Source: Squalus acanthias
Taxonomy: Eukaryota
Length of the DNA: 64,000 nucleotides
Assembly (NCBI GenBank): GCA_030390025.1
Contig: JASTWF010000031.1
Coordinates: forward strand, 5,456,001-5,520,000
Direction: 5' to 3'
Shown piece after piece: positions 1-12,538 of the stretch. Both the position numbers and the translations under genes were made by a program. The notes beneath the pieces were generated by a model. It was not told the origin of the DNA, made no database searches, and worked only from the letters and a program-made list of their open reading frames with translations. Position 1 is the first letter of the stretch; the number at the start of each line of letters is the position of its first letter.

Positions 1-1459
1 GCTGCAGTACAAATGCCAAGTCAATTTTTTCAACTTTTTCCCAATCTTTTTAAGGAAAGATAACATCAGTAAAATGATGATCACTCATAAAATATGGAAT
101 TATTGCTCTTACTTTCTGACCACCAACATTAAGACCACCACTATATTAACAGTCAATGGTAGTGAGATTAGCATTTCAAAGCTGCAGTTTGACTTTGCTT
201 TTTAGGACCCTTGTTCCAAGCTAATTCTGCCCCTAATAACAACAGCAACCACAACCAACTGGGATTATTTTTACTTTTGTGAAATCCTGTTGTTTGTGGT
301 GTATAACAAGGTGAATTTACTTCTTCACAGAACAGTTTATTGAAACAAAACTAAAAAAAAAAATCATATAGATATAGAGAGAAAATCAGAAAAAAAGAAA
401 TGTATAATATGCAATATAAAGCTTCACATATTTGGGAACACAGATAAATGTGACCCTTCATTGGATATCCCACAGTCTAAGACCAAGGTCCAATATGTAA
501 ATAGTTCTTTCTGATATATGTCCAATTTATCCCCAAAAGTACGGACTAAGTGCCCCTCGCCACACCTGGTAGAATTCAGCTGTCAATTCCACAATGACTA
601 GACAGGAACTGAAAGAGAGCAGCGCCACAAAGCTATGTCTAGTCTGGCCGTTGTAATCTCCTACATTGTATGCATCCTTTGATCTCCCTCCATGTACAAC
701 ATTCCTTTTAAATTCTCTGCACAGACATCCAACTCTGATTAAGTTTTGCCATTCTGCTTAAAACTTAAAATTGCAGTATTCCAATTTACCAAGCTTCAAT
801 GGCAGGCTTGAGACTCTTCCAACTACAAAGAATTCACTTGTAGGCTACCAGATTTAGCCAAGTGTTTCTGGTTGAGACCACAGATTGCTGTTATACTTTT
901 TTTTAACTATACGCAGGTATAGGTTTAGCAGGAACACAAACGCAAATCAGCCCAAAGGAATAATGCAATTTCCCTCAGAATTTCTGGCACTTTCATGGAA
1001 GTGTATTAATTTTTACATTTTATACCTAGGCAGCCATAACTATTCCAATTCCTAGCTTTGCACATGCTGATTTCTTACTGCTCATATTATACCTCAATTA
1101 TTCTTTTTATTTTTGTCCCTATATTTATTGCTATTTTCCTCTCTTGTTCTCCTTCCACTAAACATTACTACCTGACCTAAAATTTGTAAATGACCTGCTG
1201 CTCATGCTTTGCCTACAATGATTTTGAACTGTCTACCATGTAATATACAGGAGCAGTGAGGGTTGATTCATCCCCTGCTTTTCTTTCCTTGCTTGTGGGG
1301 AAGTGCCATAACTCTACTCAGCTCCTCCTCGGACATCCCAATGGATTATAATGGAGAGCAAAACCACATCACACTATTGTGTGGAGCCATGCATCTGAGC
1401 TCTTTGTTTGAACCAAACGACCATAGGTAATGATAAGTGGCATCAGGTCATATGACCTA

Positions 1460-1811
1460 GGGTGACTGTCTGTGTGGAGTTTGCACATTCTCCCCGTGTC
1501 TGCGTGGGTTTCCTCCGGGTGCTCCGGTTTCCTCCCACAGTCCAAAAATGTGCGGGTTAGGTTGATTTGGCTATGATAAATTGACCCTTAGTGTTAGGGG
1601 GGGATTAAATATGTGGGGTGATGGGATATGTTAGGGGGAATTAAATACGTGGGGTTACGGGGGTAGGGTGGGATATGTGTACTGTGGGGATTAAAGCAGG
1701 GACAGGGTACTGAATTTGGATGATCAGCCATGATCGTATTGAATGGTGGAGCAGGCTCGACGGGCCGAATGGCCTACTCCTGCTCCTAGATTCTATGTTT
1801 CTATGTTTCTA
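1460..1811 (+). mobile_element. 5'-truncated V-SINE (HE1-like) with CR1-derived 3' tail
   Basis: V-domain TGTGTGGAGTTTGCACATTCTCCCCGTGTCTGCGTGGGTTTCCTCCGGGTGCTCCGGTTTCCTCCCACAGTCC; G-rich duplicated spacer; tail GGCCGAATGGCCTACTCCTGCTCCT plus (TTCTATGT)n, shared with CR1 copies in the window. Confidence 0.85.
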
Positions 1812-2945
1812 TATTGTCGAATTAGTGGTTTATGAAGAAGGGTGAGGGATGATGGTTTGTTACATAAATTCCCCCATGTTAGCCATCATGATTTCTTGAT
1901 CACAGCCCAGAGTGCAATAGCAGAAGAAACAACTCTGCTGATCAGGGTGCAGCTAATGAGTTAAACCAAGTCCTGTGAGCCAAACTGCTCTTCTGCTGCA
2001 AGTTTAAAGCATTCAGCATTCTGTCCTTACGAACAGCTTTGCTTTACAAACCAAATAAGCAGTAATGGGGAGCCATATGTCTAATTGGATGAACTATCAT
2101 GGATGCAACAATGTTGTGTGCAATGCTCTTGCATCAGCAGGAAGTTGAATGATTTACTATTCCAATGCTCTCTACTTTGGAGTTGGCTAAAATTAAAAAG
2201 CAAAAGCATCCTAACTGTGACAAGTGAAGTTTAGTGGCAGGCAGTTTTGGAACTTGAATTTAAAGCATGAGCGTCTATACAAATGCAATCGCTACGTTTA
2301 TAGATCACATGATTTCTTCTTTAAAAAAAACGAGTTATGTAGGTTAATTGCAATCATACTAAAAAATGAAGCTAATATACTCTATCCTCACACATCATAC
2401 AGAACACATACTCTCAGTGGTACAACAGCTTGTTCCCAGTGTATTACACAATTGCCCTAAAAGATCAACCTGCAAGAGGAGGAACTGTTCAAGGCATTTT
2501 AATAAGGATTCTATTATACTTCAATCTCTGTTGATCCAGCATATGACTCTTTTCAAAAGCGGCAATCATAAATATCTCATTAAACCCAGCATCTGTCCAG
2601 GTCTCAAGTAAGCATTTCCTGGTTAGCAATGGCCCCTCAAGTACCAATCTAGATTTATAGTCCTGTCTCGTTTAAGTACAGTTGATCTCCTAGGAATGCA
2701 AAGGCCTGGTGAAGGAGACTCAAAGCTGCAGGGAGCTCTGGGAAAGATGAGGCACTGTACTTCTCTCCAAAATTTCTGCACTCTCAGGTAATCCCACAAC
2801 AGGCACAATTATTTACTATTCCAATATGTTTCACTTTGGGAATCAGCTAAAACTATTAACACAGGATTAATAAAGGTATTCGCATTCTGTACAGCCTAGT
2901 GAGTTTAAGGTCATTTCTAATAATGAGGTATAAAGAAAATTTTAC

Positions 2946-3132
2946 CTGCTCGGGCTTATTCGTATCTTTGAGTCCTCAAAGTCAAAGAGCAACCCTTCTA
3001 GGATTGTGGCCCACTGAAGTGCAAAGGCTGCAAGGAGCATAGTAAAGGCAATGCCGCTGTGCCCATATCTCCTGAGGAATGTTGCCAGGAAGCCAAAGCC
3101 GACAAAGACCATTGTATTGACATCTTGAAATA
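2946..3132 (-). CDS. RHD: Rh30-type (RHD/RHCE-like) protein, coding exon 2 (187 nt)
   Basis: Reverse complement gives aataatag|TATTTCAAGAT...CCGAGCAG|gtaaa. It translates in phase with exon 1 as VFQDVNTMVFVGFGFLATFLRRYGHSGIAFTMLLAAFALQWATILEGLLFDFEDSKIRISPS, with the Rh-family FQDV..M..GFGFL..FL.RYG and LQW motifs. Length equals human RHD/RHCE exon 2. No exon 3 found in 1-2945, so it presumably lies left of the window. Confidence 0.93.
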
Positions 3133-3379
3133 CTATTATTGAAAATAAAGGTGAAAGAGAGTGCAGTCAAAACTGAAACTTTAATCATTGGAAGAGAATT
3201 AAATCATAATCTAAAACAATACATGGCTTTATTGGTTGTGTTCCAATATTACTCCACTTCCACTATAGTAATTACAATTTGTCTTTGAAACAACTTCAAT
3301 TAATTGTAATTTTGTTTCAGAGCCAGCTATAAATCTGCACTTTCGCTATAGGTTTCCTACAGTACAACAGGAACTGCTC

Positions 3380-3860
3380 TTCAAAATTGGCTGTAAAGCG
3401 CTTTGGGACGTCCTGAGGTCGTGAAAGGTGTTATATAACTGCAAGTGCTTTCTTTATAGGTGTGTAGTATACATACATTTACTTTAACGTCTGCTATATA
3501 CAGTTCCCAGGTTTCACTACAAAAGTGGATGGCGGTAAATGGCGCTACTAAAATCGGTACCAGTATATACAGTATCTGTATTTTATTGTAACTTGAACAT
3601 ACTGCAAGCCCCAATGTTAATTGTTGCAATGGTAAATAATTTGAGTTGTTAATCCTCCCCGATCCTGTGGATCAGGTGGACATTGAAGATCCAATGCCAC
3701 TATTTGAGATAGAGTAGAGAGTTCTCCCAGCGTCCTGGTCAACATTCTTCCCTCAACCAACACTATCAAAACAAACTCATTCATCACGTTGTTGGATCTT
3801 GCTTGTGCAAATTGGCTGTTGTGTTTGCCTGCATGTGAAGTGCTCTGAGATGCTTCCAAG
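3380..3860 (+). mobile_element. Decayed Deu-domain SINE fragments (SacSINE1-like) with L2-type tail
   Basis: Tail TGTAAAGCGCTTTGGGACGTCCTGAGGTCGTGAAAGG at ~3390; body GTTCTCCCAGCGTCCTGGTCAACATT...CCTCAACCAAC at ~3720, similar to the copy at 35160. Confidence 0.6.
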
Positions 3861-5789
3861 AAATGTGACTTGGTAACTGCGAATCTTTAATAGTAATAAT
3901 GTGAAACAATGTAAATATCAACATTCAATGGGGCGGTAACCATATGGATGAAAAATATTATTTGCATGTATTTTCTGACAAAAGAAATACTTTTTTCACA
4001 GTTTCTAATTTTTTCTGTACTGTGTTTCTTAGTTTAAAATTGAAATTAAGATAAATAGAATTCCAAAGTGACTTTTAAAAAGAAACCATTAATGGTTTCT
4101 CTTATCAGCATTGTCAAAGTTTAACGCCCAGTTATTTTGACACTGTAATTAGTGGCTTGGTCTTATCATATCTTGGGAGTTTCTGCTGTGAACGACTGAT
4201 CTTTATAGCCTCGCCCAAACATGTTGCATCAGAAGAACAGCCAAAACATGGCGCTTGAACGTCTCCATTTACATCCGATGTTGTAAGACACTTTCACAAG
4301 CGTGCTTTAACTTTGTTGCTTACAGCCCCTGGTAACAAGATATACTCCTGCAGATGAACAACATTTAAAACTCTTCACAAAATTGTTTTCAAATAAGGTT
4401 GTGATGTCCAGCAAATTATGCATCAACAAGCAAAACAAACCCATCAAACTGCTAACATTTGGGTTTGGACATCATTTAATTTAAAAAAAAAGATACAGGC
4501 ACATTAAATCCTGTCTGAATTTCCATAATTTTTCCTTATCATGTTTTAAATATAACGGGGGGAAATTCCACATTCCACAGTGATCTGGCTTGTCGGTGAC
4601 ATGTTGCCACATAGAACACATCATACAACATATATTTTAACTTAAATTTACTGGACAATACAACTTAGTTGAATTATATTGTTTTGGTTCCTGGGTTTCA
4701 CCCTATTGTAGTTAACCTTTGAGTTCCAGTTTATAAATAATTCCAGTCACTAGAAATCACTACTGACTCTATTTAATAATATATACATTTCTTTTTTACT
4801 TTGACAAAACTGAAGGTGATTAAATAATTAATGCACGGAAACGTCGCAAGGCACTTCACAAATGTAACATTTTAATTCACAAATTAACAGTATATCAGTT
4901 TAAAATGTACTTTTCCTTATTTATTAATATTGTGAATTGAGAATTATTGTTAGACTAGGATATATGGCTCTACTTTTTAATAGAACATTCAATGTTAGAA
5001 ACATAAAGAAAAAACAGCAATGTGGTGGTGCAGGAAGTATTGCTCCAGTGAGCTGTGCCAACTAACAAATAAAAACACAGTTTCCACCTATAATACAGCA
5101 CACGACAAATTCATGACTTTAGCCGTACATTAGGGGAAGACTGATGATGGGTTATTCCCCATAGCAAATAGGGAGACATTGGAGGGTGAGCCATTCATGC
5201 CCCCTTGATACACCGCTTACCAAACGTCAGTCAAGTGTGAAGTGCAGAGAAACCTAACAGGAGGGGAAAGATAACTTAAAAGTGAAGGGGGAAGAGAATA
5301 GGTGGAAATAGAAATATACAGAAAATTACATTTTGTTAATGTTACATAAAAATAAGCTTGGGACGTCAGTGCATCAATCACCCTAATGAGTGGAACCCGC
5401 TACAGACAATTCCGAAATTCAGGAAATGTCGATCTCGATCTTTGCGTCTGCAATTTGTTGCCTTCAGTCTGGGACTATAATTTTCCTTCATCCACTAATG
5501 CCAATGAAAAAGTGGTCCTGTGTATCAAACGGGGAACACCGTTTTACACTCACAATCACTCTTTTTTGTCCTCACCAACATGAGCTGATTCCTTTAATTA
5601 TTCCTGTATTTCTGATGTAAACATCCCAGTCTTTACAAAATTTACAGTTGTTCTTGACTCTGTTTACTATATGTTTTGCAATCATTCTACAAATGCACCT
5701 ACAGATGCAGACAACAATTTTGTTATTGAGTTTCTATTATACAAGGCCCAATATAATGAGCTACATGTATTGAAAGTCTGTTAGTGGTT

Positions 5790-5970
5790 AAATGATGGCA
5801 GAAGACTAAATGTTAGAGCCCTGTCTTCTGACTTGTGGCAGCTAAATCCAAAGCTAACCTGGACAGACTGGTTGAAGGTTTCTTATGTCTGTCGGTTATG
5901 AAGGTTCCTGTGTGAAGTAAGTCTGGTTAGTCACAAGCCCTTCCCCAGTGGATAGGAATTAACAGCATTA
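5790..5970 (+). mobile_element. Highly decayed LF-SINE-like fragment in Rh intron 1
   Basis: Resembles 54400-54740 and the recalled LF-SINE core (...TGTGTGAA...CCCTTCCCCAGTGGA). Confidence 0.35.
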
Positions 5971-6032
5971 ATCTAAAAAAGCACACACTTAACATTTTAA
6001 ATGCTACGGGAAATAGTTTTATGCACACTTAC

Positions 6033-6174
6033 CTGGGTATGTGGCGATGTAATTTCTTGGACTATCTTTACTGTAATCAGCAAATAATACAAATACTACT
6101 ATTATTGTACCTTGTAAAATCAGAGCCAGCAGAGGAAAGCTAATTCTGATGCTTGGAGCTAGCTTCTGAGACAT
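6033..6174 (-). CDS. RHD: Rh30-type (RHD/RHCE-like) protein, coding exon 1 (142 nt, phase 1)
   Basis: ATG at 6174-6172 gives MSQKLAPSIRISFPLLALILQGTIIVVFVLFADYSKDSPRNYIATYP, then donor CAG|gtaagt. TM1 is followed by a short loop ending in YP, as in Rh proteins. The phase matches the exon at 3132. Orthology to Rh30 is inferred from the short non-glycosylated loop, FQDVN, and adjacency to MACO1. Confidence 0.92.
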
Positions 6175-6289
6175 TATGATTTTTCTAAATATTTTAGGAA
6201 CTTTCTCCTACCAATTAAATATGTCAATAAAATGAATAAATATAAAGTCCTCGGGAGTATTTGTCAGTTTCCTTTTACCCAGTCACAAG

Positions 6290-6445
6290 CAAAAAGCTGC
6301 TGTTAGATAAATTATATTGGACACGCCTATATCTTCAAGGGGCAGTGACTTAATAGGATGCAAAGTTATCCAGACACACTCATCTAATCAACCAGCAAGC
6401 AAAATATTTTTGCCTTCCCCTTTAAGAGCTTTATCAAATTATGGT
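6290..6445 (-). promoter_or_regulatory. Candidate proximal (erythroid-type) promoter of the Rh gene
   Basis: About 130-270 bp upstream of the ATG: AGATAA (~6305), ATTGG = CCAAT on - (~6316), CACGCC KLF/Sp-like (~6322), TTATCA = TGATAA on - (~6431). Motif inspection only. Confidence 0.45.
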
Positions 6446-6694
6446 TAACATTTATTGTCCTCTTTAATATCTCCTTGGCACAAACTTATATTTAGGCTTG
6501 GATATTGACTTTAATCAACATTTGTTGCTCCATTTTATGAAGTTTAATAATGTCCATTATCCGTGTGCCAATTATCCACCTTCCTGATTACCCACCAGGG
6601 TTTTTATGTGACAAGTTGAGGTGCTGCCTCACTACACACACAGCCGACACAGAGTTCCTCCATCTCACGTAAACCTCACAGCCCAAGGGACATT

Positions 6695-7356
6695 GGAGAT
6701 GATTTTCGTCTCACTACTGCCCCATTTTTTGGGGGGGGAAAAGGGGCGGTAACGAGACAAAAAATGACAGCTAGCCGCTGGAGGTCCGCCCATTCCCATT
6801 CAGACGGCCAGCGGTCCCATAGGAAATATGCAGGGGCCTAATTAAAATATTTGAATGGAGGTCAACTGACACTGTCAGGGCCCCCAGTGCCATTTTCGTG
6901 TCTATCATCAGCACTGCCGCCCCTACTGCCTCAACCCAGGGAGGTGGCCATGTACTGCACTATTTAAAGGGATCCTTAACTGCAGTGACGGAAAGGTGGA
7001 AGTAGGTCTGGCAGTCATTTTTCTTGAGAGTTTTGAGCCTTCAAGGCTTTATTAAGTTCAGCTTCCTGCTGCTGTGTGTGCTCATCAAACGTCCTGCCAC
7101 CGGAATCTGCTGCTCTGTTTAGCGCCTGACACTTTCAGCCCTCCCCTTTAAGATGCTGCTGCAGGCCCACGATGAGTTTCTGCCCGGTCAGATTTCCCAC
7201 CCTCTCAAATGGCGAGCTGCCTATAGGCAGGGTGAATAGCACCGACAGCGCGCTTGTTCAATTTAAAGGAGGCCCAGACCATCAAAAGGCAGGCGGGTGG
7301 AGCAGTGGCCCCGCCCACCTCCCGCCCGATCTGCACTCCACACCAAAATCCATACT
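6695..7356. mobile_element. Decayed GC-rich MITE (Harbinger-like)
   Basis: Degenerate ends ...GATTTT / AAAATC...; GC-rich body like the other MITEs; no clear TSD. Confidence 0.45.
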
Positions 7357-8653
7357 AAATTCAACTTATGGTACCCCCAGCAAATATGGTACGTTGGGAA
7401 ACACCACACAATGCCCCAGGACCAAGTGTCAAGAACCCCTTCCCTTAACTACTGGAAAAGTACAAATAATGACACGTTTCTTTGTTTCAAATGAAGTTCA
7501 TGTAGCTTAGTGTTCTTTCACATTATAATCCATCGAGGAGCTGAATGGCCTACTCCTGTTCCTTCGTTCCTATAAAAGGTTATAAAAGCATTGTTCTGCC
7601 AGTCAGCACCAATCCTGGTGAACCAAAGGAACAACACTAAGAAACCCATATCATCTTTTGGAAAAAAAGATCCCTTGCAATGATAATCTCTCTCCTCACT
7701 CTCCACCATTTCTGCCTATTGCCTATGAAACCCAGGCTTGCAAAAGAAAAGCATTTGAAGGAAGCCATTAAAGTGGACAGGAGGGAAGACAGCACCCAAT
7801 TTATCCAATTAAGGGGAAAATTAGTAGAGAGCATGTGGAATAAACATGTATTGGATAGCGTTTTCAAAGAGTCGGCACAGGCACGATGGGCCGAATGGCT
7901 TCCTCCTGTGCTGTATGATTCTATGGGCCACAAGAAGGTTAGAAAGGAATGCAATCAGAGAAACGTGGAAGAAAGTATGGATAGAATGCGTGAGGTTAAG
8001 AATGGGTTTGAAAAGGGAATGATGGGCGTAAGACCTGGTCCAACAGAAGAAGTGGATGCTATTAAACAGTATCTACTTCCAGACTTTACCTTTATGGATA
8101 TTTCAGCTTGTCTGGCACAATCAGGCTTTTCAGGCCACACAAATAGTGTTGTTCCAACACTGCTCCCCACAAAGTGACTACTGTTTGAATCTGAAAACAT
8201 GAAAGCTGTGGCAGTAGAATGGTCTGTTTGTAAATGTTTAAACCGAGCTGCATTTTCCATTTTATACTCCTTAGCACAATAATAGCATATGTTTGTTACA
8301 TTTATTTTGGGTTTTGTATTTAAATCCTTACACTATATAAGACTTAGGTATAAAAATTTAAAAAATTATGTTTAACATGTGTCCGTCACATTACATTTTT
8401 CAAAGGAGTCACACCTCCAAATTATCGCACACTCTTAGAGCAAAAGATTGTGATTGGCTCAAATAACCACTCTCCTGTTAAACTGGCAATATTGTGAATC
8501 CACTGGGAGAGGTATTGCAAGAAAATAAATATTTTATAATGTAAATAATGGGAATAAGAGGTTTTGAAGGGTCATCTGTACCTTAAGGAAGTTTTATAAA
8601 GTGGTGGTAAGCAATATTATTATACCTGTGAGGCCTGTATCTTTCAGTATCAG

Positions 8654-9610
8654 TAGATATGAATGTAGGAGGTATGATCAGTAAGTTTGCAGATGACACG
8701 AAAATTGGTGGGGTGGTAAATAGCGAGGAGGGAAGCCTCAGGCTACAGGACGATATAGACGGGTTGGTCAGATGGGCAGAACAGTGGCAAATGGAATTTA
8801 ACCCTGAAAAGTGTGAGGTGATGCATTTTGGGAGGACTAACAAGGCAAGGGAATACACAATAAATGGTAGGACCCTAGGAAGGACAAAGGATCAGAGGGA
8901 CCTTGGCGTGCATGTACATAGATCCCTGAAGGCAGCAGGACAGGTAGATAAGGTGGTCAAAAAGGCATATGGGATACTTGCCTTCATTAGCCGAGGCATA
9001 GAATATAAGAGCAGGGAGGTTATGATGGAGCTGTACAAAACGCTGGTTAGGCCACAGCTGGAATACTGTGTGCAGTTCTGGTTGCCACACTATAGGAAGG
9101 ATGTGATTGCACTGGAGAGGGTGCAGAGGAGATTCACCAGGATGTTACCTGGGCTGCAGCGCTTCAGCTATGAAGAGAGACTGGACAGGCTGGGGTTGTT
9201 TTCCTTAGAGCAGAGAAGGCTGAGGGGGGACCTGATTGAGGTGTACAAAATTATGAGGGGCATAGATAGGATAAATAGAAAGGAACTTTTCCCCTTAGTA
9301 GAGGGGTCAGTAACCAGGGGGCATAGTTTCAAGGTAAGGGGCAGGAGGTTTAGAGGGGATTTGAGGAAAAACTTTTTTACCCAGAGGGTGGTTGGAATCT
9401 GGAACTCACTGCCTGAAAGGGTGGTAGAGGCAGGAACCCTCACAACATTCAAGAAGCATTTAGATGAGCACTTGAAACGCCATAGCATACAAGGCTACGG
9501 ACCAAGTGCTGGAAAATGGGATTAAAATAGACAGGGCTTGATGGCCGGCGCGGACACGATGGGCCGAAGGGCCTCTTTCTGTGCTGTATAAATCTATGAC
9601 TCTATGACTA
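8654..9610 (+). mobile_element. Young 5'-truncated CR1 LINE with intact ORF2 C-terminal 288 aa (8659-9525)
   Basis: ISKFADDTKIGG, WQMEFNPEKC, LYKTLVRPQLEYCVQFW, FFTQRVVGIWNSLP; no stop codons; 3' tail (CTATGACT)n. Confidence 0.95.
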
Positions 9611-10760
9611 AACACGTATCCGATTTATCTTTAGTCAGAAATGTGATATATTGCTTCAGTAAACTGGCTGTATTACAGTCATGGACAAACCAATGTCATG
9701 TTTAGGCTGCTGTGGGACTGCAGTAAACATCAAAAACCACACTCTAGTGCCCAGAATATCTGTGAAGAGTGCCAAGGAAGATTCCCTAGCTAATACTTAA
9801 AATGCCATACCATTTTAGTGCTCTATAATTTAAACAAAAGGTATTTATGTAGTAAGTCCTCAAATTACTTCCTATGAAAATGATCTTTTCTTTACCATTC
9901 TCCTCACAAACATCCGAACCTTATGTGAGTAAGTGCCAAAATTACTAGCAAAAGAGTGATTACCCACATATCAGCATTTACATGATGTTGTTTTCACTCC
10001 GCGTCCTCCATCATCATCCACAGTCATTTGTAACCTCAAACATGTTAATGGTAACACCATGCAGTGTTGCCATGTTGCGCAGGATACAACAGAAAACAAT
10101 TGCAGCCATTCTTAGCTCTGCGATGTGCTTTGACCTTGTGAGACCTAAACATACAAATCCCAGAATACCTCATTTGTAATTGTTCTCCTTGTGGTAGTGT
10201 ATGCCCCATTATGTCTCTCTTTTGGTTGGATTGGAGAGGCGAATCAAATAGCATCTATTAAATGTCAAATAGGGACTGACAGTTTTTTTTGGAAGCAGGC
10301 ACAGATTCACAACTTGATAATTTACTTACCAACCATCCAGCAGACTATTCTTTGCCTAGTTCAGAATTGCAAGGGTAAAATTATGATGGATGCTACCAGT
10401 GTAACTGATGGTCATGTTCTTGATGATATTCCTGGCACTAAATACCACCTGTGCATTTAAAGTTTTTCAGTCCGGCTAACCGGTTGCTTAATTGCAAAAT
10501 CGATACACCATTTACTGCTGTTAAAGGAATGCCTATAAATTCTCAAACATTATTACATTCACCTTCAGTACTATCAGCCCCTTTCACACCATGAAACAAC
10601 CGTGGGTGTCAATCAATCAGTAATCTCCAGTCAACATTGCCACTGTTTTACTCAGGCAGATACCTTGTTATGTCAGGTTCTCGACTTCCCAGCAGTAGTA
10701 AAAGAGAACCAAAAAATTACCTGTAGCTAATTTGATGGCTCAGGAAGTTTATCCAGTGAA

Positions 10761-11305
10761 ACAACAACTTCTTGCATTTATATAGCGCCTTTAATGTAGT
10801 AAAACGTCCCAAGGTGCTTCATAATCAGACTAAAATTGACAGGTGACCAAAAGCTCGGTCAAAGAGGTGGGTTTTAAAGGAGCATCTTAAAGGAGGAGAG
10901 AGCGGTGGATAGGCGGAGAGGTTTACGGAGGGAATTCCAGCGCTTGGGGCCTAGACAGTTGAAGACACGGTCGCCAATGGTGGTGCGAAGGAAATCAGGG
11001 ATGCACAGGAAGCTAGAATTGGAGGAACGCAGAATTCTCGGAGGGTTTTGGGGCTGGAGGAGGTTACAGAGATAGGGAGAGGTATGGCCATGGAGGGATT
11101 TGAACACAAGGATGAGAATTTATCATTTGCATTGGTGGACCGGGAGTTAATGTAGGTCAGCGAGCACAGGGGTGAAAGGTGAATGGGACTTGGTGCGAGT
11201 TAGGATACGGGCAGCAGAGTTTTGGATGAGCTCAAGTTTACAGAGGGTGGAAAGTGGGAGGTCGGCCAGGAGAGCATTAGGGTATTCAAGTCTGGAGGTA
11301 TCAAA
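10761..11305 (-). mobile_element. L2-clade LINE 3' fragment
   Basis: ORF 10874-11107 FKSLHG..PYL.NLL...R.LRSS...GPKRWNSL; L2-type tail GGGACGTTTTACTACATTAAAGGCGCTATATAAATGCAAG on -. Confidence 0.85.
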
Positions 11306-11553
11306 AGCAGGGTTTTATCAGCAGATAGTGGTGGAACATATTTGTTCTATAGTCTGTACTGAACTAACTGATCTCAGCTGCAACTATGGTAGTGGTGTTA
11401 CAATTTCCATTACTACAATGCCAAATCTCTTAGGTTTGATTGATTGTAGCTCTATACCCTGCAATTAATGCATACATCTACTGGAACCAAAAAAGCTTCC
11501 ATCTGATGAATAGGTGGTATTTATAAACAGATGTTGAGCCCCTGAAAGCAAAG

Positions 11554-12538
11554 TCTCGTACCTCCCAACCAATTTCCAACCCAAGTCAAAAGGCTACCTC
11601 CAATTCTGTGCGCTCTCATTTTTGCCAATTATCTTTTGTGTGGAACTTTATTGAATGCCTTCTGGAAGGCATTAGGAGGGGCAGTAAGTAGTGCAGGTGG
11701 GAGCAGGAAGTTGTAAAGGGACATAGACAGAGTAAGAAAAATGATGGCAGATGGAGTTTAATGTGGGCACATGTGAGGCCATTCACTTTGGACCTAAGAA
11801 AGATAAAGCAGAGTACTTTCTAAATGGTGAGGCACTAAGAACTATAGAGGATCAAAGAGATTTGGGAGTCCAAGTACACAAATCATTTAAAGCTAGCAGA
11901 CAGGCACAAAAAGCAATCAAAAAGGCTAATGCAATGTTGGCTTTTATCTAAAGGGGACTGGATTACTAAGGGCTGAAAGTTATGCTTCAGTTGTATAGAG
12001 CCTTGGTTAGACCCCAACTGGAGTATTACATTCAGTTTTGGGCACCGCACCTCAGGAAGGCCTTAGAGGGAATGCAGCGCACACAATGATACCAGGGCTT
12101 AGAGGGTTAAATTATGAGGACAGGTTACACAAACTTGGCTTGTATTCCTTTGAGTATAGAAGATTGAGGGGTGATCTGATTGAGGGGTTTAAAGGTTCAA
12201 AGGATTCGATGAGGTAGAGAAACTATTTCATTTGGTGGGGGAATCAAGGCCGAGAGGACATAATCTTAAAGTTAGAGCCAGGCAATTTAGGAGGGAAATC
12301 AGGAAGCACTTTTTCCACACAAAGGGTAGTGGAAATCTGCAATTCTCTCCCCCAAAAGGCTGTGGCTGCTGGGACAATTGGAGCTTTCAAGACTGAGATT
12401 AATAGATTTTTGTTAGGTAAGGGTATCAAGGGATAAGAAGCTAAGGTGGGTAAATGGCGTTAAAGTGCAGATCACCTATGATCTAATTGAATGGCGGAGC
12501 AGGATCGAGGGACTGAGTGGCCTACTTCTGTTCCTATG
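11554..12538 (+). mobile_element. CR1 LINE fragment with an inverted 5' segment
   Basis: 11672-12538 (+) is a decayed LGG...MEFNVGTCEAIHFG... region ending in a CR1 tail. 11554-11668 (-) encodes the upstream RT stretch FQKAFNKVPHKR*LAKMRAHRIGGSLLTWVGNWLGG. Confidence 0.85.

Noticed and set aside
2982-3188. ORF-track 68-aa peptide over the Rh exon
   Set aside because: Wrong frame; the real exon is 3132-2946 in another frame.
7680-8177. 165-aa ORF
   Set aside because: It runs through a CR1 3' tail (~7820-7925) and has no recognisable domain or splice context; a chance ORF.
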